Part shown: positions 24,847 to 36,709 of the stretch, piece by piece
Layout: every line of letters begins with the position of its first letter
How positions within the stretch are numbered: position 1 is the stretch's first letter
Position numbers and translations under genes: made by a program
The notes under the pieces: generated by a model
The model's database searches: none
What the model saw: only the letters and a program-made list of their open reading frames with translations
Told to the model about the DNA's origin: nothing
Assembly (NCBI RefSeq): GCF_006345805.1
Contig: NW_021826237.1
Location: 1-41,038, forward strand
Direction: 5' to 3'
Origin: Octopus sinensis
Taxonomy: Eukaryota
DNA length: 41,038 bases

Positions 24847-24974
24847 TGACAGCCAAAGATAACGAGGTAGATCCAAAAGAAGGAAAGAAAAGACAGCAAG
24901 TTATATAAAGGCGTAATTTGGGGACAAAAAAAGAAGTGTTTTAGATTGAGACAGAAGAAGGGGGAAAGAATAGA

Positions 24975-25285
<311 letters not shown>

Positions 25286-25678
25286 CCGACAGAGACAGTG
25301 AGAGGGGGATAAAGGAAGACTGAGGTGGGGTGACAGAGAATTAAAAGTAGGCTGTTAGGTGGTGGTGGTGGTGGTGGTGGTAGTGGTGGTGGGTGTGGGG
25401 TGGTGGGGTAGTAGTGGTGGTTTTGGTGGTAGTGGTGGTGGTGTAAATTAAAGGAAGAAAGGGAAAATGGTAAAGAGGAAGGACAAGAATGTCAAATATA
25501 CTTGGCTTTCGTGCAAGACATGTAAATGGTAATATTCGAAATGAAGAACTGTCAGTTGCGGTGGCCGTGGGTTGGGGGGGGGGAGAGGAATACGTGAAAC
25601 CTTTGCGGATTGGAAAAAAGCCGAAGAGAAAAGAACAGATAAGAATTCTCAAGATGGCAGCAATTTCATCACTTTGAC

Positions 25679-25800
25679 AATTTCTGCGAGATTACACGAA
25701 CTGGAGAGAACACACTTTCCCTGTGATGGTTTTGTGTGTGTGTGTGTGTGTGTTGTGTGTGTGTGTGTGTGTGTGCTTGTGTAGGTACATATATTCACAA
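25679..25800 (+). repeat. Segment X, duplicated at 27175-27303
   Basis: AATTTCTGCGAGATTACACG...GTGATGGTTTTG(TG)n is identical in both copies. Confidence 0.9.
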
Positions 25801-25989
25801 GCATGTATATGTATGTGTTTGTCTGTATGTATATATGTATAGTTGTGTGTGTATGCATACACATAAATATATATGTTTATATATGTATATATACATATAC
25901 ATATTTATACATATGTATATGCTATCATATTAATATATACTGTAAGATATATCATATATATATATATATAATATATATATATATAAATA

Positions 25990-27225
25990 TATATATAAAA
26001 TATTAAATATATAATCAGGGATAAATCCAAATTTACAGGGAAAAAAATCAGATTTAGGATTAAATCCAATTTTATAGTCAAATATATAATATATTATTAG
26101 AGACAAACCACTATTTTGCAAACACACAAGGAAAGACTTATCAATACATAAAATTTTAATAAAAAGTCAAAAAACCGCCACTACAATTTGTTTCTTGTCC
26201 TAACCGACAATCTTCAGGTGGACTTCCATCGAAAATATCAATATTTTAAAATATAAAAATTAATTTTAAAATAATTAAAGTATTAATGAAAAAATATAAA
26301 TATATAATCTATATATAACCTATATATAATCCATATATAATCAATATATAAACAATATATAAACTAAAATAAACCTTTCAACAATTAAATATAAAATATA
26401 AAATATAAAAAAAACAAAAAATAACTATATATACACCCATACACATATAACTAATTATATATAACCATATCTAAATACATACACTAAATCACACACCTAT
26501 ATATATATCCCTATACATACACATAAAAACGTCTAGGCAACGATAAATAAATAAAATAGCCAAATACTTCAACGCATACTTATTCATACTCCCTCACACA
26601 CACATACAAACCCACATTCCCGCTCTAGAAACGGACATCATTTAAAATTATGAATGGAGAAATGGAATAAATGGAATTAAAAATTATATTCACTTGGTAA
26701 AACGAACACTACTTAAAAATTATGAATGAAACAATGCAATAAAAACAACAGACATCGCAAATAGACACAACATTACTATGAATTCCTTAATAAAACTACC
26801 ATGACAAACCAAAACTCACAAAAACATATAATGATAAAATCTCCCTTTACTAAACTCTATAACATACCTATATAGCAATCCCCCTAACCTAAACATTCAC
26901 ACACAAATACACACACGTAACCACACACCCACGACATATACAAATACCACCTCACTCACCATACCTATACATACATATAAACCTCAACACACCACTCCAA
27001 AAACCCACTCAACCACACAGACAAATAAACACATACATCCCCAAACCTATATAGCAAACCCATAAACACATTCACACACAAATATACATACGTAAAACAC
27101 ACACCATATACATATACATACTCACTAAACTCGACATATACAACAATATTAACACACCCACACTCACACAGATAAATTTCTGCGAGATTACACGAACTGG
27201 AGAGAACACACTTTCCCTGTGATGG

Positions 27226-27290
<65 letters not shown>

Positions 27291-27417
27291 TGCGTATGTA
27301 TATAGGACAAGAAACAATTGTAGTGGCGGTTTTTTTAACTTTTCATTAAAATTTTATGTATTGATTAAGTCTTTCCTTGTTTGCTTTGCAAAATAGTGGT
27401 TTTGTCTCTAATAATAT

Positions 27418-27430
<13 letters not shown>
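25990..27430. mobile_element. Non-autonomous Penelope-like element remnant with inverted truncated terminal repeat
   Basis: 26080-26201 is the reverse complement of 27303-27430; the repeat carries a hammerhead motif, both ends run into (TA)n, and the body is strongly A/C-biased. Confidence 0.65.
26178..26221 (-). ncRNA. Minimal type I hammerhead ribozyme motif
   Basis: Minus strand CCAC-CUGAAGA-UUGUC(GGUUAG)GACAA-GAAAC-AAAUU-GUA|GUGG: intact core, 4-bp stem I, 5-bp stem II. Confidence 0.75.
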
Positions 27431-27444
<14 letters not shown>

Positions 27445-27448
<4 letters not shown>

Positions 27449-27660
27449 GTTAATCCAAACAAGAAAGCACAAAAAATACAATAACGCGAGGACGTGGAAG
27501 CAAATATAGTATTATTGGCCGCTCAGGAAAGAAGGAATGAAGGAGGGTTTAACGTTTCGAGCGGAGCTCTTCGTCGGAAACATAGGAGAAGGAAAGATCC
27601 AGAGAAGGGAAGACAGAGGAAAAAAAATCGCCAACGGTGCACACGTGATATATATCAAAT
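27445..27660 (-). mobile_element. Penelope-like terminal-repeat fragment (second family)
   Basis: Contains a minimal hammerhead motif and terminates in (TA)n at about 27445. Confidence 0.55.
27547..27581 (-). ncRNA. Minimal hammerhead-like motif (loopless stem III)
   Basis: Minus strand GUUU-CCGACGAA-GAGC(UCC)GCUC-GAAAC-GUU|AAAC; U4 is replaced by C. Confidence 0.6.
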
Positions 27661-27855
27661 ACCGAGTGAATTTCGTTATTTTTCCTCTCTGTCTGCATGG
27701 GTTATTTCAAGTATTTTGGTTTTTCTGAGAGTCCCTTTTTTAAAGTAGAAGAAATAGCTAAGGTTCTTTGGTTGCTATTTCTAAACTTCGGTATGTGGTA
27801 AAGCAAATCTTTGCTGAACCCTAATTATAATTATACTCGTAATTATAAAATATTG

Positions 27856-27907
<52 letters not shown>

Positions 27908-28488
27908 TGTGTATATATATATATACATATATATATATAGTTATATGTATGCATGTATGTATATATGTATGTATGCATATATTGCTTTATGTATGTATTT
28001 GGTAAACATTGCAAACTGCAGGATATTGTAATTTTTTGTGTGTGTGAGAGTATGTTTGTGTGTGCGTGTGTGTGGGCGCGCATGCGAGCAGGTATCAATG
28101 TGTGTGCGTGATTCATGCATGCGTGCGCGTGCGCGCGTGTGCATTTATGAGGCGGTTAGCTGGCAGAATCGTTAGCATGCCGAGGAAAATGCTTGACACC
28201 ACTTCGTCCGTCTTTATGATCTAAGCGGTGGTGCCCCAGCATGGCCGCGGCCTTCGGGCTAAAACATTTTTTAAGGATTTAAGCTGAAATTCTATTGAGG
28301 ATCGACTTTGCCTCTGACGCTTTCGGAGTCGATAACATAGTTGAACACTGGGTTCATTATAATCCACTTCATGCGATTCCCAAAATTTCAGGCCTTGTAG
28401 TACGCATAATAGATAAGATTATTAAAAATACATGTCGTATGCACAACGCAGTATGAATCAGAAGTGAAATAAATTTAAACGTTATAAA

Positions 28489-28717
28489 GAGCGGCGAGCT
28501 GGCAGAATCGTTAGCACGGCGGGCGAAATGCTTGTGGGTAATAAAGAAATAGATATTTCTTCTACCGTTACGTTCTGAGTACAAATTCCGCCGAGTCGAT
28601 TTTTACCTTTCACCCTTTGGGGATCGATTAAATAAGTACTAATTACGCACTGGGGTCGATCTAATGGACTTAATCCCTTTCTCTGTCCTTGTTTGTCCCA
28701 GTGAACAATAAAGAAAT
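28489..28717 (+). mobile_element. SINE family A
   Basis: GCGGCGAGCTGGCAGAATCGTTAGCACG head, core and tail. Confidence 0.85.
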
Positions 28718-28800
28718 AATCTAAGCATTACAAAGTGTGGCAGTGGATATAAAGTAAAACGAATTTAAAACATTCCTTCGACGTGTTCTTTATTTTAGAG

Positions 28801-29000
28801 TTGAGGAATTATGTGCATTATTTACATTAGGCGGATAGGTATCCTCACTTCGTTTGTTATTACCACAACGTTTGTATGTATGCATTTATGTATGTCCAGC
28901 AGAACGCTGATGAAGGCTGGAGAATACATCAGCCAAAACGTTGCGTTGACAACAAACAAGTTGGGGACACCTATCCGTCCAATATATATAATTCCTTCAA
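28801..29000. mobile_element. Penelope-like terminal repeat with inverted truncated copy (third family)
   Basis: 28801-28873 is approximately the reverse complement of 28936-29000; the direct copy contains a hammerhead motif. Confidence 0.6.
28903..28947 (+). ncRNA. Minimal hammerhead-like motif, probably inactive
   Basis: AACG-CTGATGAA-GGCTG(10 nt)CAGCC-AAAAC-GTT|GCGTT; G12 is replaced by A. Confidence 0.65.
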
Positions 29001-29364
29001 CGCTTTTAATTCGAAATAAACAAAAAGTGAGAGAGAGTCTCCTGGCGGGCCGTTACAGGATTCATTGATCGATCCTCAGAGAACCCGTATCAGCATTCTT
29101 TCTTGAGCAATTAACATAGGAATTTGTGATTAAATATATTATTAGTTATAGCCACAAAACAGTGAAACAGAATATGTAATCTAGTTTCTAAATGAATATA
29201 AACTGAATACGATCTTCAGTCACGGAACGGTCAACTGCGTGGTGAGTTCAAAGTGTGTATCAGGTCAATCAATACAATTAAAACATATCCCTTCAGTTTA
29301 TGACTGCAATATTATGTGACAAAAAATTATGTAAGCAGCAGGCACGAGCGTGTATTGTGCAGAC

Positions 29365-29830
29365 ATGTCTGTGTGGTCAAGGACCTTGCTTTGCAAACCA
29401 AGTGGTTTCATAGTCAATCCCATTGCGCGCAGCGTTGGTTGATGTCTTTTACTATAACCGCGGGCCGACCGAAGCCTTGTAAGTGAATTTGGTAGACGGA
29501 ACAGGAAACTATAAAAGCTCGCTATGTGTGTGTGTATTTGTGTGTATCTGTGTGTCTGTGTGTACGTATGTATGTACGTACGTATGTATTATATATGTAC
29601 GTTTGTATGCCTGCATGAGTGTGTGTGTGTGCGTGTGTATGTGTGTGTATGTGTGTGTGTATGGCTGTGGGTGGGTGGGTGTGTGTTTGTGTGTTGTGTG
29701 TGTGCTTGGTGTATAACCTTTGTACTTTTCACCCTCTGCTAGACAACCGGTATTGGTTTGTTTACGTCTCCTTAACTCAGAGGTTTGGTAAAGCGAACCG
29801 CTTGAATAAGTATTAGACCTAGAAAATAGG
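29365..29830 (+). mobile_element. SINE family B, highly degenerate, split by (TG)n
   Basis: GGGCCGACCGAAGCCTTGTAAGTGAATTTGGTAGACGG and AGACAACCGGTATTGGTTTGTTTACGTC. Confidence 0.7.
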
Positions 29831-29917
29831 TACAGAAGACGATGTAATTCACTTCCCTTCCCCTCAAGATATGGCTGCCCTTGTGCAAAATTTTGCAATT
29901 ATTATTATTATTATTAT

Positions 29918-29954
<37 letters not shown>

Positions 29955-29979
29955 CGTGGTGGTGGTGGTGGTGGTGGTT

Positions 29980-30015
<36 letters not shown>

Positions 30016-30219
30016 TGAGTTTTTTTCTTCTTTGGATATTATTTCCATTTCTTACCGAGTTTCTTCCCGAACCCTAGGGCAAAGAAACGTACTGTCTACA
30101 TTGGTAGGCCATTTAAAGATTAAAGTAAGCAGACCAGATTGTTTAATTACAGACATGTGATAGAAAAGAAAGGGAAAAAAGAAAAAGAAAACGAGCAAAA
30201 AAAAGGAGAAAAATAGTAT

Positions 30220-30231
30220 TATTAATATTAC

Positions 30232-30272
<41 letters not shown>

Positions 30273-30425
30273 TATTATTATTATTATAATTGTTGTTGTT
30301 GTTGTTATCATTATCATTATTATTATATTATTATTATTATTGTTGTTGTTGTTGTTGTTGTTGTTATCATTATTATTATTATTATTATTATCATTATTAT
30401 TATTATTGTTGTTGTTGTTGTGTTG

Positions 30426-30480
<55 letters not shown>

Positions 30481-30496
30481 GATTATTATTATTATT
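30220..30496. repeat. (ATT/GTT)n array
   Basis: Direct tandem run. Confidence 0.95.
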
Positions 30497-30767
30497 CATA
30501 TACACACAACAGACTAATCTATCGAGAAAGAATAATTTCTAACATTGAGCTACAACAAGCAACCATAGATGCCAAGAACCCTCCTAAGTATCCCTAAGCT
30601 GTCCCTAATAGCACTGTTTTCTGGGGCTGGACTGAACTGGGTTTTATGCCTATTTCCTCTATCCATCTGTTCAAATCGTTAGGGATAGTTCCCAATGCAC
30701 CTATAACTACTGGGAAAAAATTTTACCTGCTCTTTCCATAGCCTCTGTAATTCAATGGCTAGGTCCT
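30497..30767 (-). mobile_element. R4/Dong-type non-LTR retrotransposon 3' fragment
   Basis: Minus-strand translation DLAIELQRLWKEQVKF/PVVIGALGTIPNDLNRWIEEIGIKPSSVQPQKTVLLGTA/RILRRVLGI (frameshifted) is the typical RLE C-terminus; flanked by TAA repeats. Confidence 0.8.
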
Positions 30768-31626
30768 ATTATTATAATTATAATTGTTGTTGTTGTGTTG
30801 TTGTTAAGCAACAAGTCGGGTAAGGGTGATTAGGTGATGGTCTAGGGCTTAGGGGCGGGAGACCCCAGACCTTGGAAAAAAATAACTGGTCGTCTTGCTG
30901 TAGTCGAGGGCTCTTCGTTGACACCCGACACCACTGGGAGGGGGCCCTCGAAGTCGCTGGAAATGGAGATCTCCAGGTCCAAATACTTGGACGGCTGTTG
31001 TTGCTGGTGGGGACCTGGCAGAATCGTTATCGCATGTACACAATTATTAGCAGCCATTTTCCGGCCTTACGCCCTGAGTACAACTGCCGTTGAGAACATA
31101 GAAATCGACGAAAGTTGAACTCAAAACGTTAATACAAACGAAATTCTCCAATACATTTTGTCTGACGTGTTAACGTTTCTGCCAATTCACAGCCTTAGAT
31201 ATGTATACAATATAAGTGGGGGGTTATTATAGTAAATGTATAAAATAGTTGGGTACCTTACCTGGGTCCTGAGCCCTGTACTCGGAGCATTGGTTATTGC
31301 GAATAACAAGCATAATATCTGGTATCAGTTTGAATTGGTTGAGGTAAATTACCAACTAATTTCAAGGAAACTGCAAACAAGGTACATACATAAACGTTTG
31401 CAATGCTATGAATGATATACAATATATATTACAGTATTAAGCAGGGTACTCACATGTTGATGTGGTTCCCTAAAGGATGAAAATAAAACAGGGAATTTTA
31501 TTTTTTTATATAATTTGTATATTTTATTTGTAAAATTTGTACTTATTTTGCTAATGGAAGTTGTGTTCGTATGTACGTTCTATATTATATAGTATATATA
31601 TCATGATATATATAATATATATATAG

Positions 31627-31663
<37 letters not shown>

Positions 31664-32167
31664 GGGAGTAGGAGAGAAAGATAAACGAACGCCCACCTAG
31701 GTAGAAGAATAAACAGAGAAGAGGGTATATTCGGCAACCAGTGATACTGTTGTTGATGTTGTTGTTCTCGTGGTGAGGGTAGTGGGGTGGGAGAATTTTG
31801 AGGTGGGGTGGTGGTAGTGGTGGTGGTGACTATGGTAATGACGGAGATGAAATGCTGCTGCTGATGATGATGATGATGATGATTACTATCTGACAGCATC
31901 AATATCATCATCATCATCATCATCGTCATCAAGTGTACTAATGTAATAGCGGTGGCATCTTTATCTTAGTTTCTCTGTGTTACATGTATATATGTGTACG
32001 TATGTGTGTTTATATGTGCAAACTTTTATACATACACACACATACACACGCACACACATACACACACACATATATATATATATATATATTATACACATAT
32101 ACAGACGCACAAAAACACACATAATCACATATATATATTTATATATATATACATATATATATATATA

Positions 32168-32210
<43 letters not shown>

Positions 32211-32624
32211 CTGCATAGACACATATTCACACACCACACAACACCACACCACATACACAGTCAATTTAGTGAATTCCCATCCAATATAAAAAGCAACATT
32301 ATGTTTAAATGTCGGTTATAAAACTGATGTAAAAACTCGTAACAACGGTCGTCTTCACAATACAACCATTGTCACTCCATGTCGCTACTACCACCACTAC
32401 TAATACTACTACTAATACTACTAATAATAATACTAATACTACTACTACTACTACTGTCTGACGTAGGTAGCGTTTTATATATTTTTCATCTCTTATAATG
32501 GGTTTGAAGCCACATTTTAGTGTAGGGGTGGGATAAAGTGCTTTTTACTTGGGAATTGCTATATGAGGTAGATAAATGGATAATTATTTCTTTTTTTCTA
32601 TGACAGTCTGATAGACTGGCAGAC

Positions 32625-33215
32625 TTGTGTATGTATATGTGTGCGTGTATGTACGTACGTATGTATGTATGTATGTATTCATGTATGTATGTATGTATGT
32701 ATGTATGTATGTATGTATGTATGTATGTATGTATATGTATGTATGTATGTAGGTATGTAGGTATGTATTATCTAAGCATGTATGTATGTATGTATGTATG
32801 TATATATCTAAGCATGTATGTATGCATGTATGTATGTATGTATGTATGTATGTATATATGTATGTATGTATGCATATATGTTTGTACGCATGTATGCATG
32901 TATGTAAGCATGTATGTATGTACGTATGCATATATGCATGTAGGTATGTATATGTGTGCATGTATGAACGTTTGTATTATGCATGTATGTATGTATGTAC
33001 GTATGCATGTATGTATGTATGTATGTATGTATATATGTATGTTTGTATGTATGTATATATGTATGTTTGTATATATGTATGTATGTATGTATGCATGTAT
33101 GTATGTATGTATGTATGTATGTATGTATGTATGTATGTATGTATGTATGCATGTATGTATGCATGTATGTTTGAACATATGTATGCATGTATGTGTGCAT
33201 ATATGTATGTATGTA
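32625..33215. repeat. (ATGT)n array
   Basis: Direct tandem run. Confidence 0.95.
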
Positions 33216-33352
33216 TCATGTAACGGCCTATACGATTTCTATTACCACCAATACCACTAATACTATATTTTTGATATTTCAAAATAAACTCTCTCTGTAC
33301 TATTCTACACCTCTTCTAAACCATATATGCAGTTGGAGGGTAACAACCGTAT
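33216..33352 (+). repeat. Unclassified dispersed repeat, second copy at 36079-36232
   Basis: TGTAACGGCC...CTCTCTGTACTATT...ACACCTCTTCTAAACCAT...TTGGAGGGTAA(C/T)AACCG in both copies. Confidence 0.8.
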
Positions 33353-33451
33353 AAGTATTTAAAAAAAACATCCCCCATTCGTCTCGGAGTGACCAAAGCC
33401 TTGTGAGTGGATTTAGTAGACAGAAACTGAAAGAAGCCCGTCGCATATATA

Positions 33452-33693
33452 CAGGGTGCGGCAGTAAAGATGCCCTGATTTCAAAGGTTAATAAAAAAAC
33501 AAACACATAAAGGTGCATGTAAAAGCTTTGTATTTCTATGAAGTTCATTAAATGCTATTTTGTTTTGCCCGTTTTAGGTAGTGCCCCACTAAGGCCTGGA
33601 ATGGAGTGCGTCGCTTTTTCTTGTATCTTCATATCTTCATATTTGTTTTTCATAACCTTTAAAATTGGGGCAACCTTTCTGCCGCACCCTCTG
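33452..33693. mobile_element. Tc1-type MITE
   Basis: TA|CAGGGTGCGGCAGTAAAGATGCCCTGATTTCAAAGGTTAA and ATAACCTTTAAAATTGGGGCAACCTTTCTGCCGCACCCTCTG: about 50-bp imperfect TIRs, 242 bp, no ORF. Confidence 0.8.
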
Positions 33694-33739
33694 TGCATAT
33701 ATATATATATATATATTTACATATATATTCATATACATA

Positions 33740-33808
<69 letters not shown>

Positions 33809-33832
33809 GTGTGTGTGTGGTGTTGTGTGTGT

Positions 33833-33887
33833 GTGAACATAATCAAAAAGGGTAATCTATGTTATTACCCATTTTGATTATGTTCAC
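33833..33887. other. 24-bp-arm hairpin with 7-nt loop
   Basis: GTGAACATAATCAAAAAGGGTAAT / ATTACCCATTTTGATTATGTTCAC, one mismatch. Confidence 0.85.
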
Positions 33888-34043
33888 ATATTACTTGATA
33901 AATTTGTTCGTTAAATTTTTTGCTGGCATGCCCTTTGTCGCCGGGTATATTTTGCGTCTGCGCAGAGGTTTGAAAAGTTAAGATATACAAATTGTTAGAT
34001 CGACACATGGTCTAACGCTCTGTGCATCTAGAATTAGGAAGGC

Positions 34044-34123
34044 GTCCCGCTGACGAACCTTGCCTTGGCAAATATATTCTGTCTGTTTTGCTAGAAAGAG
34101 GTAGAAACTGATCAGTCCGGGAT
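34044..34123 (+). ncRNA. Type I hammerhead ribozyme motif with palindromic stem III
   Basis: GTCCCG-CTGACGA-ACCT...AGGT-A-GAAAC-TGATCA-GTC|CGGGAT: intact core, 6-bp stem I, canonical GUC site at 34115-34117. Confidence 0.8.
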
Positions 34124-34254
34124 ATATCGTTAATGGTAAATGTTTTTGATTTTCACTCTCGATGAATCTATCCCTTTTTGTGTCTCTAGCACTAAGCTTC
34201 CTTATTTGGGAGCCTTTTATTATATATATATATATGCTTATATATCTGTGTGTG

Positions 34255-34465
34255 TGTTTCTTTGTGTTTGTCCCTAACATCACCACCTGACAACTGGTGT
34301 TGGTTTGTTCGCGTCTCCGTAACTTAGCGATTCAGCAAAAAGATACCGATGGAAAAAGTACCGGGCTTTAAAAAAAAAGTAGTGGGGTCGATTAATTCAA
34401 ATAAAAATTCAATGCAGTGCTGCAGCATGTCTGCAGTCTAATAATTGAAACAAGTAAAAAGATTT
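34255..34465 (+). mobile_element. SINE family B, 3' half, degenerate
   Basis: TGACAACTGGTGTTGGTTTG...GTAACTTAGCGATTCAGCAAAA. Confidence 0.75.
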
Positions 34466-34789
34466 TTTTTTTAAAAGTGTCTCCTGAACTGACATGACAT
34501 TACAGCTATGACAAGAGGACAGCAGATCCAACGTTTTTTCCTGAATTAGTTGGCGACATCAATACAAGTGGATGCATTTTTATGGCCTTCTTAATTTACC
34601 TCAGTGAAACAAACCTGAGCTGAGAGTAACAATTTAGCGTGTCCAGGGTTTTGCATTTGAACAACAATCGAGACTTTATCCAGAATTTATCTTGATTTAT
34701 TGAATATCCTACCATTCGTCTTTGAATTTTAGATATATACCACCAGCCACCCTAAGAGCATCCTTCTTCAGTCCTATGAACTCATAACG

Positions 34790-34996
34790 GCTCGTTGCCC
34801 GATTTCCGTGGCATATTTATGTTTAGTACCAGGATCGGACGCCAGTCCGTCGTAGAATTATTAATTTTTGTGTGTGGAGCAACGTAAAATGAAGTGTTTT
34901 ACTCAACAACACAACGCGTCACCCAGTCCAAGAATTGAAATCGCAATCTTACGATCCTGAGTCCAAGACCCAAAGCACTAGGCCACACGCCTTCAC
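34790..34996 (-). mobile_element. tRNA-derived SINE family C
   Basis: Minus strand GAAGGCGTGTGGCCTAGTG...TTGGACTCAGGATCGTAAGATTGCGATTTCAATTC (tRNA-like head), then GCGTTGTGTTGTTGAGTAAAACACTTCATTTTACGTTGCTCC. Confidence 0.75.
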
Positions 34997-35181
34997 ACTG
35001 ACCACTGTAAGCTTCTTCTTCCGTTTTCCTTCTATTTTTTTTATGAGTTGTCCCAAAGAGTCTGCAGGTCACTGGGGTATAATGTCTTATTCATGTATGC
35101 GTATGTACATGTGCACGCGCACGTGTGTTCATGTCTGCATGTGTGTCTGTGTGTGTCTGTGAGTATAGACCGACAGACAGG

Positions 35182-35213
<32 letters not shown>

Positions 35214-35456
35214 TATATATATAGAGAGAGATATAGATATGTTTCTTTATTAGCCACACAGGGCTGTACACAGACAGGACAGATTACAAGATAGAGTTTT
35301 TCTCTTTTGGAGGAAAAAAAAAAGGTGGGGTAGGTTTTCGATCAAAAGGGATTGTAAAGGGAAAAGAAGAAATAAAAAAAGAAAAAAGAAAAAAGGAAAA
35401 GAAACAAAAGAACAAAAAAACGATCAATAGGGATCGTGTATCACAGTGTCATGAGA

Positions 35457-35645
35457 GATGGATGGATGGATGGTGGATGGATGGATGATGGATGGACGGA
35501 CGAATGGACGGACGGACGGACTGACGGACGGACGGACGGACGGACGGACGGACGGACGGACGACGGACGAACGGACGGACGGACGGACGAACGGACGGAC
35601 GGACGGGCGGGCGGGCGGATGGATGGATGGATGGATGGATGGATG
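35457..35645. repeat. (GGAT)n(GGAC)n(GGGC)n(GGAT)n array
   Basis: Direct tandem run. Confidence 0.95.
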
Positions 35646-35745
35646 TGCAGTATCAAAAACTCGTGAAGGAAGTACTTCCGCATGACTGTAGTCCAATGTT
35701 CGAAGCCAGCAAAGCGTTTAAAAGAATATATATGTCTGTCATACC

Positions 35746-35974
35746 TATTTCTTTACTACCCACAAAGGGCTAAACACAGAGAGGACAAACAAGGACATAT
35801 AAACGGATTAAGTCGATTATATCGACCCCAGTGCGTAACTGGTACTTATTTAATCGACCCCGAAAGGATGAAAGGCAAAGTCGACCTCGGCGGAAATTTG
35901 AACTCAGAACGTAATGGCAGACGAAATACCGCTAGACATTTCGCCCGACGTGCTAACGTTTCTGCCAGCTCGCC
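35746..35974 (-). mobile_element. SINE family A, full length
   Basis: Reverse complement of the 591-815 type, including the same tail. Confidence 0.92.
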
Positions 35975-36528
35975 CATACCGACTCATTCGAACCCATTGC
36001 CCTTTTCATTCTTCCATATAAATCCCGTGCAACTACCAGAAAGCTGAGCGTGCGTACTGACCCTTACACTTCTGAAATGATGTAACGGCCAATACGACTT
36101 CTATTATTACCACCACCACCACCACCACCACCACCACAACTACTATTTTTCTAATATTTCAAAGATAATTTCTCTCTGTACTATTTTTACACCTCTTCTA
36201 AACCATCTATGGCGATTGGAGGGTAATAACCGCGTTAGTCGTGAAGAAACAACCCCAGTACCACCACCTCCAGAAACAAAAACAAACAAAAGACACGAAC
36301 AAATATTATGAAAGCATTAATAAATAAATAAATAAATAAAACTGAAGCAATTCCCCCCCCCCCCTCGTATTGATGCTGAGCTACTTGACTAATACAAAGC
36401 ATCAAATCAATACGCATAGCCTGTGTATACATACACACATGCGTGCGCACACACACAGACACACACACACACACACACACATATACATACAAGCATACAT
36501 GCACATATAGATATATATAACATGAACA

Positions 36529-36562
<34 letters not shown>

Positions 36563-36676
36563 AATAAATAAATAAATAAATATATATAATATATACACGT
36601 ATGCATGTATGTATATGTATTAATACGTGTTTACGCATGTATATGTGTGTACATATATATATATATAATATATATA

Positions 36677-36709
<33 letters not shown>

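Noticed and set aside
29170-29235. Minus-strand CTGAAGA...GAAACTAGA as a hammerhead
   Set aside because: Stem II does not pair and the NUH site is absent.
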